Shown: positions 1 to 13,922 of the stretch, piece by piece
Layout of the letters: the number at the start of each line of letters is the position of its first letter
How positions within the stretch are numbered: the first letter of the stretch is position 1
Assembly (NCBI GenBank): GCA_964016885.1
Contig: OZ024762.1
Location: 14,756,001 to 14,820,000 of the forward strand
Origin: Eledone cirrhosa
Taxonomy: Eukaryota
Direction of reading: 5' to 3'
DNA length: 64,000 bases
Notes under the pieces: model-generated
The model's input: the letters and a program-made list of their open reading frames with translations, nothing else
Database searches by the model: none
Told to the model about the DNA's origin: nothing
Made by a program: the position numbers and the translations under genes

Positions 1-1620
1 AGCATATGCGGTCGATGTCACCGTAGTAGTGTCGAACGCCAAACACATCGAGGCGATCGGCACTACACTAAGAGAATACGAAGCAGTGACAGGAGCAATG
101 ATCAACCAGGAAAAGTCAGTGGGCCTGCAGCTCGGCACCTGGAGAGGCAGGTCCATGCCGTCCAACAGCGTCGTCGGGCGCTGGACGGACGGACCGGTTA
201 AATTGGTACGGTTCTGGTTCGGTCCGGACCTCCAGACGGACAAAAACTGGGACGAGGTGACGAGCAGGGTGGCTTCACTCACCCAGAAATGGGCGGAGAG
301 GAAGCTATCCCTGAAAGGTCGAGCGGAGGTGGCTAACGCGTACATCGCGTCCGTCATCTGCTACCGCCTGACCGTCGTACCTTGTCCTAAGCCCCGCCTG
401 ACTGCGCTGGAGCGTTTGCTCTTTCGCTTTTTGTGGAAGGGACGCGCTCAGATGGTCAGGCGGTCCATCTGCTGTCAACACCCGCTACGTGGAGGGCTGG
501 GCTTGTCGTGGCTGATGATGCGCAGACACGCGCTCAGGCTACGACATCTCCACCTCTTCCTCGACGGTGATCAGGTGTGGTCGCCGTTTGCTAGACACGT
601 ATTTCCCCAGCTCGTTTTCTTGACGGATATGCAGTCCTGGGTCAAGCGAAGACCGAGAGGGAGCGCCTGGAGACTTGAATGTCTTCAGGCGCTCACAGCC
701 CTCGACCAATCGGGCAATGTGATCAGTGGAAACTCCACCTCGGCGTTCTATAGAAGATTAGTGGAGGGGAAGAGCGACGACGTACTTGGGGAAACTCTAG
801 GCGTCGACGAAAATCAACTAGCCAATCTCTTCGGAAGAACTTTCGGGCCGGACCCTATGGACAACTTCCAGAAATCTCTGGCCTGGCAGTGCTACCGAGG
901 AGCCTTGCCAGTTCGGGATAAACTCTACAGGCATGGAGGTGCCGTCAGCCAGGCATGTCCGAGATGCGCGCAGGGCGACGAAACCGTCCTGCACGCACTC
1001 GTCCAGTGTCCGAGCATTGCTGACTTGTGGGTTTATGTCGAACACCTGCTGTCACGTGTAGGACGGATCCGGCTATCAGCTGAGTCCATCGTGAGGATTG
1101 CCCCGCCCTCTTCCTTTAGCCGGGAAGGGCAGGCAGTCTTTATCTGTCTGGTGGCCATGGCAAAAGAGATAGTATGGTGGACACGTTTGAAAGGGCTGAA
1201 GACGAGCACTTACCTCTTCGGTGATGCCCTGATTAACTTTTTCAAATTTCATTTGAAAAGGAAAATCAGGGTAGAGAGGGAAGTGCTCTCTTCCCAGCAT
1301 TTTGTTGAAAGATGGGTGAGAGAAGCAAGAATGGCCCGAGTGAATGGGCCTACTCTGAGTATGTGTCTGTAAATTAAAGGTGGAAAACTGGGAGAGGGCA
1401 CTTGCCCTGGTGGTCAGGGTCACTGTGGCCTTTTAATGGGCTTTCTCCACATATGTCCCTCGGAAGCCTCCCCCCTATTGGGGAGTTTTTAATTGTTATT
1501 TTTTTGTTACATCCTCTGTTTTGGTTTTTTACACGGAAAAATGCCTAATACCGTCCTGTATTGTCCTGTACTGTCCTTAATGTCTACTTTATGTAAACCC
1601 TTGTGGTTAATAAAGAAAGT
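1..1620 (+). mobile_element. L1/Tx1-clade non-LTR retrotransposon, 3' portion (runs off the left edge of the window)
   Basis: ORF2 C-terminal region, then a 3' UTR with AATAAA at 1609-1614, ending in a (TA)n tract. Confidence 0.9.
2..1372 (+). pseudogene. LINE ORF2 C-terminal half (end of reverse transcriptase plus zf-RVT), catalytic YADD read as YAVD
   Basis: Frame open from base 2: AYAVDVTVVV, INQEKS, W..RKLSLKGR, GGLG, LPVRDKL, CPRC..DETVLHALVQC zinc knuckle; typical of L1/Tx1 ORF2. Confidence 0.88.
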
Positions 1621-1707
1621 ATTATATATATATATAGTAATAATACTAATATATATATACATATATATAATAAGGAGTTAACGTGCCCAGTATACCTATA
1701 TATACAT

Positions 1708-1761
<54 letters not shown>

Positions 1762-1804
1762 AAAATATAAATATTAATAAAATAGATGTTCTTTTGATCA
1801 ATTA

Positions 1805-1859
1805 CATTTTATTATACATATTTCGGATGTACAACAGTACGTCCTCATCAGACAAAATA
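1805..1859 (-). ncRNA. Type I hammerhead ribozyme motif (family A, minus arm)
   Basis: Reverse complement of the 1915-1969 motif. Confidence 0.75.
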
Positions 1860-1914
1860 TAATGATACATGACATACCCTGAGATGTTAAATGGTTAAGA
1901 TTTAATCAAGGTAG

Positions 1915-1969
1915 TATTTTGTCTGATGAGGACGTACTGTTGTACATCCGAAATATGTATAATAAAATG
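1915..1969 (+). ncRNA. Type I hammerhead ribozyme motif (family A, plus arm)
   Basis: Stem I tattttgt/ataaaatg, CTGATGA 1923-1929, stem II ggacgtac/gtacatcc, GAAA 1950-1953, short near-palindromic stem III, predicted cleavage after AUA at 1961. Confidence 0.78.
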
Positions 1970-2335
1970 TAATTGATCAAAAGAACATCTATTTTATTAA
2001 TATTTATATTTTAATATTAATAACTCCGAAAAAAATTTTTTTCACGTAGAGTGCTTCTAATCTACTGTAAAACTCATTCTTTGACATAATCATTGAATAT
2101 CGTTTTAACACTTTAATATATATTGCTGGCCTTGTGCCTAAAGTAGACACAAATATATATATTCATTCATAGTATCAACGAGCGCGCGCAATCAGTCACG
2201 TGAAAGAAGTTTGTGTCAAAGTTTGTATCTTTACTTAACACACACTTGCCAAGATCACGTGAGCGTATCTACTTGTATGTGTATACTACATACATGATGT
2301 ATTAAGTTATCTACAGCGTATGTATACTGATTGGT

Positions 2336-2379
2336 ACACACACATACACACACACATAATATAAACACACACACACACA

Positions 2380-2444
<65 letters not shown>

Positions 2445-2950
2445 CATACGCACACACATAATATAAACACACATATATATATACATACACACACACACAC
2501 ACATATATACACCCACACACATATATATATACACACACACACACACATACATACACACACACACATATATATACACACACACACACATATATATACATAC
2601 ACACAGACATATATACATACACACACACACACACACACATATATATGCAGACACACACACATACATATATATATACAGACACACATATATATACACACAC
2701 ACACATATATATACATACACACAGACATATATACATACACACACACACACACACATATATATACATACACACACACACATACATATATATATACAGACAC
2801 ACATATATATACACACACACACATACACACACATATATATATATATATATACACACACATACAAACATATATATATATACATACACATACAAACATATAT
2901 ATATATATATATATACACACACATACTTTACATATATATATATATAATAT
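2336..2950. repeat. Compound (CA)n/(TA)n microsatellite, representative of many such tracts (e.g. 14400-16000, 19775-20890, 22380-23520, 29595-30405, 39855-40280, 55620-56330, 60060-60780)
   Basis: Direct inspection. Confidence 0.97.
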
Positions 2951-2951
2951 A

Positions 2952-3027
2952 CAGGGTGTTCCAAAAAAGGTATACATTCTTCAACAGTATTCGAACCAAA
3001 GTGTATACATTTTTTGGACGGCGACAC

Positions 3028-3031
<4 letters not shown>
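2952..3031. mobile_element. ~80-bp Tc1/mariner-type MITE (TIR CAGGGTGT...ACACCCTG, TA target)
   Basis: Terminal inverted repeats flanked by TA; further copies at ~3272-3349, 17787-17861, 32320-32415, 36233-36320, 43982-44059, 61017-61094, 61456-61533, and a half copy at 62190. Confidence 0.8.
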
Positions 3032-3071
<40 letters not shown>

Positions 3072-3073
3072 CA

Positions 3074-3262
3074 TAGAATGGCTTCTACAGGACTAGAACT
3101 GTTTCATTCAAAAGGAATCATCAGGAAGGCTTTCCTGGTGATTTCCTTGGAATGAAACAGTTCTAGTCCTGTAAAAGTCCTCTATTATATTTGATGTTTA
3201 CACTTTACTAATGTATTGAGTACCTTAAATGCTGTGGTTATCCCCGGTTGAACCCGGGACTC
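3074..3262. mobile_element. Penelope-like hammerhead palindrome, family B (diverged copy)
   Basis: ggcttctacaggactagaactgtttcattc...tcatcag and its inverse; same tail (tattgagtacctt...cccggg) as the 59697 copy. Confidence 0.72.
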
Positions 3263-3439
3263 GCATATATACCGGGTGTCCCCCAAAAATGTGTACATAC
3301 TTCAGCAGCATTCTAACCAAATGTGTATACATTTTGGGAGGACACACTGTGTGTGTGTGTGTATATTTATATACATATATATACACACACATCACTGGCG
3401 CCAAATATGTATAAATCCGTATTTTAAACATACATCCAC

Positions 3440-3670
3440 ACACTATAAATGACCACGCGCACGCACACGCACACACACACACACATACTATAAATGACCA
3501 CGCACACGCACACACACACTATAAATGACCAAGCGCACGCACACACACACACACACACTATAAATGACCACACACACACTATAAATGACCACGCGCACGC
3601 ACGCACACACACACACACACTATAAATGACCACGCGCACGCACACACACACAAAGATGTTATAAATGATC
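3440..3670 (+). repeat. Minisatellite ctataaatgaccacgc + (CA)n
   Basis: ~7 copies of a constant core with variable CA spacers. Confidence 0.9.
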
Positions 3671-3919
3671 GCACACACAGGTACACACATACAGTCACCA
3701 GAATGCACGCAATCTAGCATTCACACAAACACACACACAAGCATACTCACGTACACATACAGATATGTGCATAAGAGCAAGCATACACGCATTCATAAAA
3801 GCATGAGCATCCCTACACACTCACACACACACATATATATATATAAGCATACCCACACACACACAAATATAAGTATGCACGCACACATATCAGAATGCAC
3901 ACACACACACATATATATA

Positions 3920-4112
3920 TAGATACGCATAAAAGCATACAACACACATAAGCATGCGCACACACACACACACACATATATAGATATGCACAAAAGCATA
4001 CACACATACATATAGTTATGCATAAGAGAAAACACACACACACACACATATATAGAGAGAGAGACATGCATAAAAGCACAGAGACATAAGCATGCGTACA
4101 TACATACACACA

Positions 4113-4152
<40 letters not shown>

Positions 4153-4283
4153 GAGAGAGATATGCATAAAAGCACAGAGACATAAGCATGCGTACATACA
4201 CACACACACACACACAAACACACATATATATATAGAGAGAGATATGCATAAAAGCACACAGACATAAGCATGCGTACATACAT

Positions 4284-4328
<45 letters not shown>

Positions 4329-4367
4329 TATGCATAAAAGCACAGAGAGACATAAGCATGCGTACAT

Positions 4368-4402
<35 letters not shown>

Positions 4403-4530
4403 GAGAGAGAGAGAGATATGCATAAAAGCACACAGAGACATAAGCATGCGTACATACACACACACAAATATATATATAGAGAGAGAGATATGCATAAAAG
4501 CACACAGAGACACAAGCATGCGTGCATACA
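3920..4530 (+). repeat. Minisatellite gatatgcataaaagcacagagacataagcatgcgtac + (CA)(TA)(GA) spacer
   Basis: ~8-9 copies visible. Confidence 0.9.
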
Positions 4531-4895
4531 CATACACACACCATTTGATATCACGTGAAGTGCGTGTTTGTGTGTAAAGTTTTGTTAGAGCGCTTTCTAC
4601 ACACTACACGAACGGACAGTGTGTCTGTGTGTGTGAGTATGATAATATGTGTGTATATATGTATATATACACACATACACTCACGCACAAAAACAGAGGA
4701 TATCATACATATATGGATATCATGCTGGAAAGCGCGCGTATTGTATACGCATATATGTATGTATGTAAATATATATATATATATATAAATAAATATATAT
4801 ATATATACACACACAGCAATACATTATACCACGTGAGCGCGTGTATATATATATATATCACTCAGTAAACGCATGCATCTTACTTACTACTACAA

Positions 4896-4931
<36 letters not shown>

Positions 4932-4955
4932 CATTCACACACACACACATATATA

Positions 4956-4987
<32 letters not shown>

Positions 4988-5021
4988 CATTCACACACAC
5001 ACATATACACACACATATATA

Positions 5022-5081
<60 letters not shown>

Positions 5082-5376
5082 CATACGCACACAATGAAGC
5101 ACGCGCGCATACGTATAGTCCTGAGTAGTGGCAACATATATAACTTTTCTGGACTTTCTACACACACATACACACACGTACAAACACACACATACACACA
5201 CATACAAACACACACATACACACACATACAAACACACACGTACACACACATACACACACACATACAAACACACAATGATCACGTGAATGTGTGTGCAATT
5301 CAACACACACATAGTTACTAAGATATACACACACAAATATATACAACATGCTTCCCCGTTTATACACACGAATGTC

Positions 5377-5436
<60 letters not shown>

Positions 5437-5619
5437 ACACGGACATACACAAACACACTTGTCCCATAAGTTTATCAATGCAACGAATGTTAAAAATGCT
5501 AAAATGCTGACCAGTATACGGGACACTACACACACACACACCGCATAACTTGTAAGAATTTACAAACATTCACACAAAAAAGCCATCACGTGAGTGTATA
5601 TATATGTATGTATAAATAC

Positions 5620-5732
<113 letters not shown>

Positions 5733-5821
5733 TTTACATATAAAGATATTTCTATACATACCGGCATCTTTAAATATTCACACATATATACAACTGTATG
5801 TGTGTATATATATACCCGGGA

Positions 5822-5854
<33 letters not shown>

Positions 5855-6088
5855 CCGGGAATATATATATATATGAACTTTGCGGCATCTATTGATGCTC
5901 CATTGCATCGTGAGTTCAAACCTGACTTTTACTCCTCCCAAGGCGGTAAACTAGACTACCAGTGATACACTGGGGTTAATATAACGAGAACTAAAGTTAG
6001 AAAACATTTTTCACGCACATATCAGGTGCCCCAGCATGACCGCAATCCCAATTATTAAAACCAGTAAAAAAAAAATTTTTTTTTTAAA

Positions 6089-6132
<44 letters not shown>

Positions 6133-6142
<10 letters not shown>

Positions 6143-6700
6143 ACTGTATGCGCTATCTCTTACACATACCAAAACTGCGTACACTATTACACTATTACAC
6201 ACATACACACAACTGTATGCGCTATCTCTTACACATACCAAAACTGCGTACACTATTACACACACACACACATATACACAACTGTATGCGCTATCTCTTA
6301 CACATACCAAAACTGCGTACACTATTACACACATATACACAACTGTATGCGCTATCTCTTACACATACCAAAACTGCGTACACTATTACACTATTACACA
6401 CATATACACAACTGTATGCGCTATCTCTTACACATACCAAAACTGCGTAACTATTACACACACACACACATATACACAACTGTATGCGCTATCTCTTACA
6501 CATACCAAAACTGCGTACACTATTACACACACACACACATATACACAACTGCATGCGCTATCTCTTACACATACCAAAACTGCGCACACTATTACACACA
6601 CACACACACACTCACATATACACACCTGCATGCGCCATCTCTTACACATACCAAAACTGCGCACACTATTACACACACACACACACACGACTGCATGCGC
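6133..6700 (+). repeat. ~60-65-bp minisatellite (catatacacaactgtatgcgctatctcttacacataccaaaactgcgtacactatta)
   Basis: ~8-9 near-identical copies. Confidence 0.92.
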
Positions 6701-6926
6701 TATTAGACACACATACACAATTACACGTTCACACACACACACACACACACACGACACCCCAGCATGGCCGCAATCCCAATACCTTAAACCTGTGAAAAGA
6801 ATAAAACACACACACACATACACATACACAATTGCATGCGTTATCACACACACGCACACGAAATTGCACGAGTTAATGCTACAGCATGGCCGCAATACCA
6901 ATGCCTGAAACCTGTAAAAACAATAC

Positions 6927-6959
<33 letters not shown>

Positions 6960-7594
6960 TCTCACATATATACACGTGTGTAAATGTGTAGTGTAATATG
7001 TGTGTGTTTATCCTGTGTCGCCAGTGCCTGCGCTCACACATACACACACTCTCTCACACACACACACACACACTCTTTCTCTCTCTCACATACACACTCT
7101 CTTTCTCACACACACACTCTCTCTCACATACACACTCTCTTTCTCTCACACACACACTCTCTCTTTCTCTCTCACATACTCTCACACACACACTCTCTTT
7201 CTCTCACACACTCCCTCTCTCTCACACACATACACACTCTCTTTCTCTCACATACTCTCACACACACACTCTCTTTCTCTCACACACTCTCTCTCTCTCA
7301 CACACACACACACACTCTCTTTCTCTCACACACTCTCTTTCTCTCACACACTCCCTCTCTCTCACACACACACACACACTCTCTTTCTCTCACACACTCC
7401 CTCTCTCTCACACACATACATACTCTCTCTCACACACCGTTTCTTTCTCTCATATACTCTCACTCTCCCTCTGCCTCACTCTGACACTCCCCCTCTCTCT
7501 TTGTCTCCTACTCCCACTCTCCCCCTCCTCTACAATTGCCGAGCTGCTGACAACCAGAATAAACGACAAGGGATCGGGTCTAACAAGAATATGG

Positions 7595-7810
7595 AATGGA
7601 CCTCGGTCGGTTTCGACGACGAGTGTTTCAGTTGTTGGATCGACGGAACAGGCGCCTGTCAGACTCATGAAATTAACATGCAAGTGGCTGAGCATTCCAC
7701 AGTCATGTGTAGTGTAACCTTTAATGAAATTCTCAGGGAGATTCAGCCTGTCACTGCGCGACAAGACTGCCCCCCCCCCTTTCATACACACTTTGAATTG
7801 CAATTAGGTG
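7595..7810 (+). mobile_element. Dispersed repeat family (core aattaacgtgcaagtggctgagcattccacag...ttctcagggagattcag), probably a SINE body
   Basis: Other copies at ~23558-23625(-), 39635-39805(-), 55365-55550(-), 62348-62490(+), 63527-63775(+). Confidence 0.7.
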
Positions 7811-8575
7811 TCATTTCTTATTATAGTGTAAGTAAGGCCGGTAGACTGGCAATAGAATCGGTAGAGCGTCAGGACAACATGCTTTGTGGCATATATTGGG
7901 ACGTCAAGTATGAAATTTGTAGAAATTTGTTTGTTTTTCTACAAATTTCATATTTGACGACCCAATAGCTACATGGATGCCCCTTTAAATTACGGGTACA
8001 GACTATTCAAAAGGACGTGTAAATAGTTTGTCTACCCCATTTCTACCCAGAAGGGTTTAGGGTCAAGCCAAGATTGTGATGGCATTTGACCAGTGGGGTC
8101 AAACCCGACACCTAAAGCGAACGTCTTAACCATTCGGCCATGCTTGTCTCTACATGGCGAGGCATGAACGACACCACGGACACTGCCTGTTCTATGAGAT
8201 GTAATGTGCCTTGGTCAATAAAATAACCAGCGAGGAGACGACTACGGGGTCTAGCAACATGCTAGATTTAGCAGCCAAATCTGCCTCAAACCACCTTCAC
8301 AAGTCTTAGTATAAAAGACACATTGAGAGAAACATATAAATATACACCAGCTCCGAACACAAAGGAACCAAACACCCACTGTCATGGCCTCGATCTCACC
8401 CACTATTATGAGCAAATGGGGGCCCTCGAGCTGACCGCCCCACGGCCCCGGCAGACAGAATAGAGAAGGCGATTCTCCGAAGGATGGTGAAGCAGAGGTT
8501 TTGGAAGGGCCATTCCAGCTCGTGAGATTCATACCTGCGGGTAGCAAACTCTGTGCTGATGGGGATGCGTAGAGA

Positions 8576-11500
8576 GGTAGCCCTAGGCCCAAGGACACTA
8601 GAAGTCTCTACTGCTATAGGTAGCCCTAGGGACAAGGACACTAGAAGTCTCTACTGCTATAGGTAGCCCTAGGGACAAGGACACTAGAAGTCTCTACTGC
8701 TATAGGTAGCCCTAGGGCCAAGGACACTAGAAGTCTCTACTGCTATAGGTAGCCCTAGGGCCAAGGACACTAGAAGTCTCTACTGCTATAGGTAGCCCGA
8801 GGGACAAGGACACTAGAAGTCTCCACTGCTATAGGTAACCCTAGGGACAAGGACACCAGAAGTCTCCACTGCTATAGGTAGCCCTAGGGCCAAGGACACC
8901 AGAAGTCTCTACTGATATAGGTAGCCCTAGGGCCAAGGACACTAGAAGTCTCCACTGCTATAGGTAGCCCGAGGGACAAGGACACTAGAAGTCTCTACTG
9001 ATATAGGTAGCCCTAGGGCCAAGGACACTAGAAGTCTCTACTGCTATAGGTAGCCCTAGGGCCAAGGACACTAGAAGTCTCTACTGATATAGGTAGCCCT
9101 AGGGCCAAGGACACTAGAAGTCTCTACTGCTATAGGTAGCCCTAGGGCCAAGGACACTAGAAGTCTCTACTGCTATAGGTAGCCCTAGGGACAAGGGCAC
9201 CAGAAGTCTCCACTGCTATAGGTAGCCCTAGGGACAAGGGCACTAGGAGTCTCTACTGATATAGGTAGCCCTAGGGACAAGGACACTAGAAGTCTCTACT
9301 GCTATAGGTAGCCCTAGGGACAAGGACACTAGAAGTCTCCACTGTTATAGGTAGCCCTAGGGACAAGGGCACTAGGAGTCTCTACTGATATAGGTAGCCC
9401 TAGGGACAAGGACACTAGAAGTCTCTACTGCTATAGGTAGCCCTAGGGCCAAGGACACCAAGAAGTCTCCACTTCTATAGGTAGCCCTAGGGACAAGGAC
9501 ACTAGAAGTCTCTACTGTTATAGGTAGCCCTAGGGACAAGGACACTAGAAGTCTCCACTGCTATAGGTAGCCCTAGGGACAAGGACACTAGAAGTCTCCA
9601 CTGCTATAGGTAGCCCTAGGGACAAGGACACTAGAAGTCTCTACTGATATAGGTAGCCCTAGGGACAAGGACACTAGAAGTCTCTACTGATATAGGTAGC
9701 CCTAGGGACAAGGACACTAGAAGTCTCCACTGTTATAGGTAGCCCTAGGGACAAGGACACTAGAAGTCTCTACTGCTATAGGTAGCCCTAGGGCCAAGGA
9801 CACCAAGAAGTCTCCACTTCTATAGGTAGCCCTAGGGACAAGGACACTAGAAGTCTCTACTGTTATAGGTAGCCCTAGGGACAAGGACACTAGAAGTCTC
9901 CACTGCTATAGGTAGCCCTAGGGACAAGGACACTAGAAGTCTCCACTGCTATAGGTAGCCCTAGGGACAAGGACACTAGAAGTCTCTACTGATATAGGTA
10001 GCCCTAGGGCCAAGGACACTAGAAGTCTCTACTGATATAGGTAGCCCTAGGGACAAGGACACTAGAAGTCTCCACTGTTATAGGTAGCCCTAGGGACAAG
10101 GACACTAGAAGTCTCTACTGATATAGGTAGCCCTAGGGACAAGGACACTAGAAGTCTCCACTGCTATAGGTAGCCCTAGGGACAAGGGCACCAGAAGTCT
10201 CCACTGCTATAGGTAGCCCTAGGGACAAGGACACCAAGAAGTCTCTACTGCTATAGGTAGCCCTAGGGACAAGGACACTAGAAGTCTCCACTGCTATAGG
10301 TAGCCCTAGGGACAAGGGCACCAGAAGTCTCCACTGCTATAGGTAGCCCTAGGGACAAGGACACCAAGAAGTCTCCACTGCTATAGGTAGCCCTAGGGCC
10401 AAGGACACTAGAAGTCTCTACTGCTATAGGTAGCCCTAGGGCCAAGGACACTAGAAGTCTCCACTGCTATAGGTAGCCCTAGGGACAAGGGCACCAAGAA
10501 GTCTCCACTGCTATAGGTAGCCCTAGGGACAAGGACACTAGAAGTCTCCACTGCTATAGGTAGCCCTAGGGACAAGGACACTAGAAGTCTCTACTGATAT
10601 AGGTAGCCCTAGGGACAAGGACACTAGAAGTCTCCACTGCTATAGGTAGCCCTAGGGACAAGGGCACCAGAAGTCTCCACTGCTATAGGTAGCCCTAGGG
10701 ACAAGGACACCAAGAAGTCTCCACTGCTATAGGTAGCCCTAGGGCCAAGGACACTAGAAGTCTCTACTGCTATAGGTAGCCCTAGGGCCAAGGACACTAG
10801 AAGTCTCCACTGCTATAGGTAGCCCTAGGGACAAGGGCACCAAGAAGTCTCCACTGCTATAGGTAGCCCTAGGGCCAAGGACACCAGAAGTCTCCACTGT
10901 TATAGGTAGCCCTAGGGCCAAGGACACTAGAAGTCTCTACTGCTATAGGTAGCCCTAGGGACAAGGACACTAGAAGTCTCTACTGCTATAGGTAGCCCTA
11001 GGGACAAGGACACTAGAAGTCTCTACTGCTATAGGTAGCCCTAGGGACAAGGACACTAGAAGTCTCTACTGTTATAGGTAGCCCTAGGGCCAAGGACACT
11101 AGAAGTCTCTACTGCTATAGGTAGCCCTAGGGACAAGGACACCAGAAGTCTCTACTGATATAGGTAGCCCTAGGGCCAAGGACACTAGAAGTCTCCACTG
11201 CTATAGGTAGCCCGAGGGACAAGGACACTAGAAGTCTCTACTGATAAAGGTAGCCCTAGGGCCAAGGACACTAGAAGTCTCTACTGCTATAGGTAGCCCT
11301 AGGGCCAAGGACACTAGAAGTCTCTACTGATATAGGTAGCCCTAGGGCCAAGGACACTAGAAGTCTCTACTGCTATAGGTAGCCCTAGGGCCAAGGACAC
11401 TAGAAGTCTCCACTGCTATAGGTAGCCCTAGGGACAAGGGCACCAGAAGTCTCCACTGTTATAGGTAGCCCTAGGGACAAGGGCACCAGAAGTCTCCACT

Positions 11501-13657
11501 GCTATAGGTAGCCCTAGGGACAAGGGCACTAGGAGTCTCTACTGATATAGGTAGCCCTAGGGACAAGGACACTAGAAGTCTCTACTGCTATAGGTAGCCC
11601 TAGGGACAAGGACACTAGAAGTCTCCACTGTTATAGGTAGCCCTAGGGACAAGGGCACTAGGAGTCTCTACTGATATAGGTAGCCCTAGGGACAAGGACA
11701 CTAGAAGTCTCTACTGCTATAGGTAGCCCTAGGGCCAAGGACACCAAGAAGTCTCCACTTCTATAGGTAGCCCTAGGGACAAGGACACTAGAAGTCTCTA
11801 CTGTTATAGGTAGCCCTAGGGACAAGGACACTAGAAGTCTCCACTGCTATAGGTAGCCCTAGGGACAAGGACACTAGAAGTCTCTACTGATATAGGTAGC
11901 CCTAGGGACAAGGACACTAGAAGTCTCCACTGCTATAGGTAGCCCTAGGGACAAGGGCACCAGAAGTCTCCACTGCTATAGGTAGCCCTAGGGACAAGGA
12001 CACCAAGAAGTCTCTACTGCTATAGGTAGCCCTAGGGACAAGGGCACCAAGAAGTCTCCACTGCTATAGGTAGCCCTAGGGCCAAGGACACCAGAAGTCT
12101 CCACTGTTATAGGTAGCCCTAGGGCCAAGGACACTAGAAGTCTCTACTGCTATAGGTAGCCCTAGGGACAAGGACACTAGAAGTCTCTACTGCTATAGGT
12201 AGCCCTAGGGACAAGGACACTAGAAGTCTCTACTGCTATAGGTAGCCCTAGGGACAAGGACACTAGAAGTCTCTACTGTTATAGGTAGCCCTAGGGACAA
12301 GGACACTAGAAGTCTCTACTGCTATAGGTAGCCCTAGGGACAAGGACACTAGAAGTCTCTACTGCTATAGGTAGCCCTAGGGACAAGGACACTAGAAGTC
12401 TCTACTGATATAGGTAGCCCTAGGGCCAAGGACACTAGAAGTCTCTACTGCTATAGGTAGCCCTAGGGCCAAGGACACTAGAAGTCTCTACTGATATAGG
12501 TAGCCCTAGGGACAAGGGCACTAGAAGTCTCTACTGCTATAGGTAGCCCTAGGGACAAGGACACTAGGAGTCTCTACTGATATAGGTAGCCCTAGGGACA
12601 AGGGCACCAGAAGTCTCCACTGCTATAGGTAGCCCTAGGGCCAAGGACACTAGAAGTCTCTACTGCTATAGGTAGCCCTAGGGACAAGGACACTAGAAGT
12701 CTCTACTGCTATAGGTAGCCCTAGGGCCAAGGACACTAGAAGTCTCTACTGCTATAGGTAGCCCTAGGGACAAGGACACTAGAAGTCTCTACTGCTATAG
12801 GTAGCCCTAGGGACAAGGGCACCAGAAGTCTCTACTGATATAGGTAGCCCTAGGGACAAGGGCACCAGAAGTCTCCACTGCTATAGGTAGCCCTAGGGAC
12901 AAGGACACCAAGAAGTCTCTACTGTTATAGGTAGCCCTAGGGACAAGGACACTAGAAGTCTCTACTGATATAGGTAGCCCTAGGGACAAGGGCACCAGAA
13001 GTCTCCACTGCTATAGGTAGCCCTAGGGACAAGGGCACCAGAAGTCTCCACTGCTATAGGTAGCCCTAGGGACAAGGGCACCAGAAGTCTCTACTGCTAT
13101 AGGTAGCCCTAGGGACAAGGACACTAGAAGTCTCTACTGTTATAGGTAGCCCTAGGGACAAGGACACTAGAAGTCTCTACTGATATAGGTAGCCCTAGGG
13201 CCAAGGACACTAGAAGTCTCTACTGCTATAGGTAGCCCTAGGGACAAGGACACTAGAAGTCTCTACTGCTATAGGTAGCCCTAGGGACAAGGACACTAGA
13301 AGTCTCTACTGCTATAGGTAGCCCTAGGGACAAGGGCACCAGAAGTCTCTACTGCTATAGGTAGCCCTAGGGACAAGGGCACCAGAAGTCTCCACTGCTA
13401 TAGGTAGCCCTAGGGACAAGGGCACCAGAAGTCTCCACTGCTATAGGTAGCCCTAGGGACAAGGGCACCAGAAGTCTCCACTGCTATAGGTAGCCCTAGG
13501 GACAAGGACACCAGAAGTCTCCACTGCTATAGGTAGCCTTAGGGCCAAGGACACCAGAAGTCTCCACTGCTATAGGTAGCCCTAGGGACAAGGACACTAG
13601 AAGTCTCCACTGCTATAGGTAGCCCTAGGGACAAGGGCACCAGAAGTCTCCACTGCT
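8576..13657 (+). repeat. 43-bp satellite, ~118 copies (ggtagccctagggacaaggacactagaagtctctactgctata)
   Basis: Period of 43 measured (8576 to 8619); highly homogeneous. Confidence 0.98.
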
Positions 13658-13922
13658 GGGGGCTCGACCGCAAACCTGTCGGAGAGGGAGCGATATTTAA
13701 AGAGTTTACCTTACCCACCGCAGCCCAAAGTGCAGCAGAGACCTGAGTTAGTCTTAGACTGCACCAGGTTGCTGCAGAAGAATGTGTCGCCGCATGCGGC
13801 ATCCCAGTTTAGCAGAACATAATCAGGGGTTCGCTACACAGAAGGAGCAGTGGCACGAAGAAAAGGGGGGGGGGGGGGTAAACGTCGAATTGGAAGGACA
13901 TGGCTGGGGCAATATTGACAAC

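Larger units (their letters stand above)
1757..2115. mobile_element. Penelope-like pseudo-LTR palindrome, family A
   Basis: ~103-bp inverted arms (1757-1859, 1915-2017), each containing a hammerhead fold; downstream tail recurs inverted at ~19280-19380 and diverged at ~21500-21650. Confidence 0.75.
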
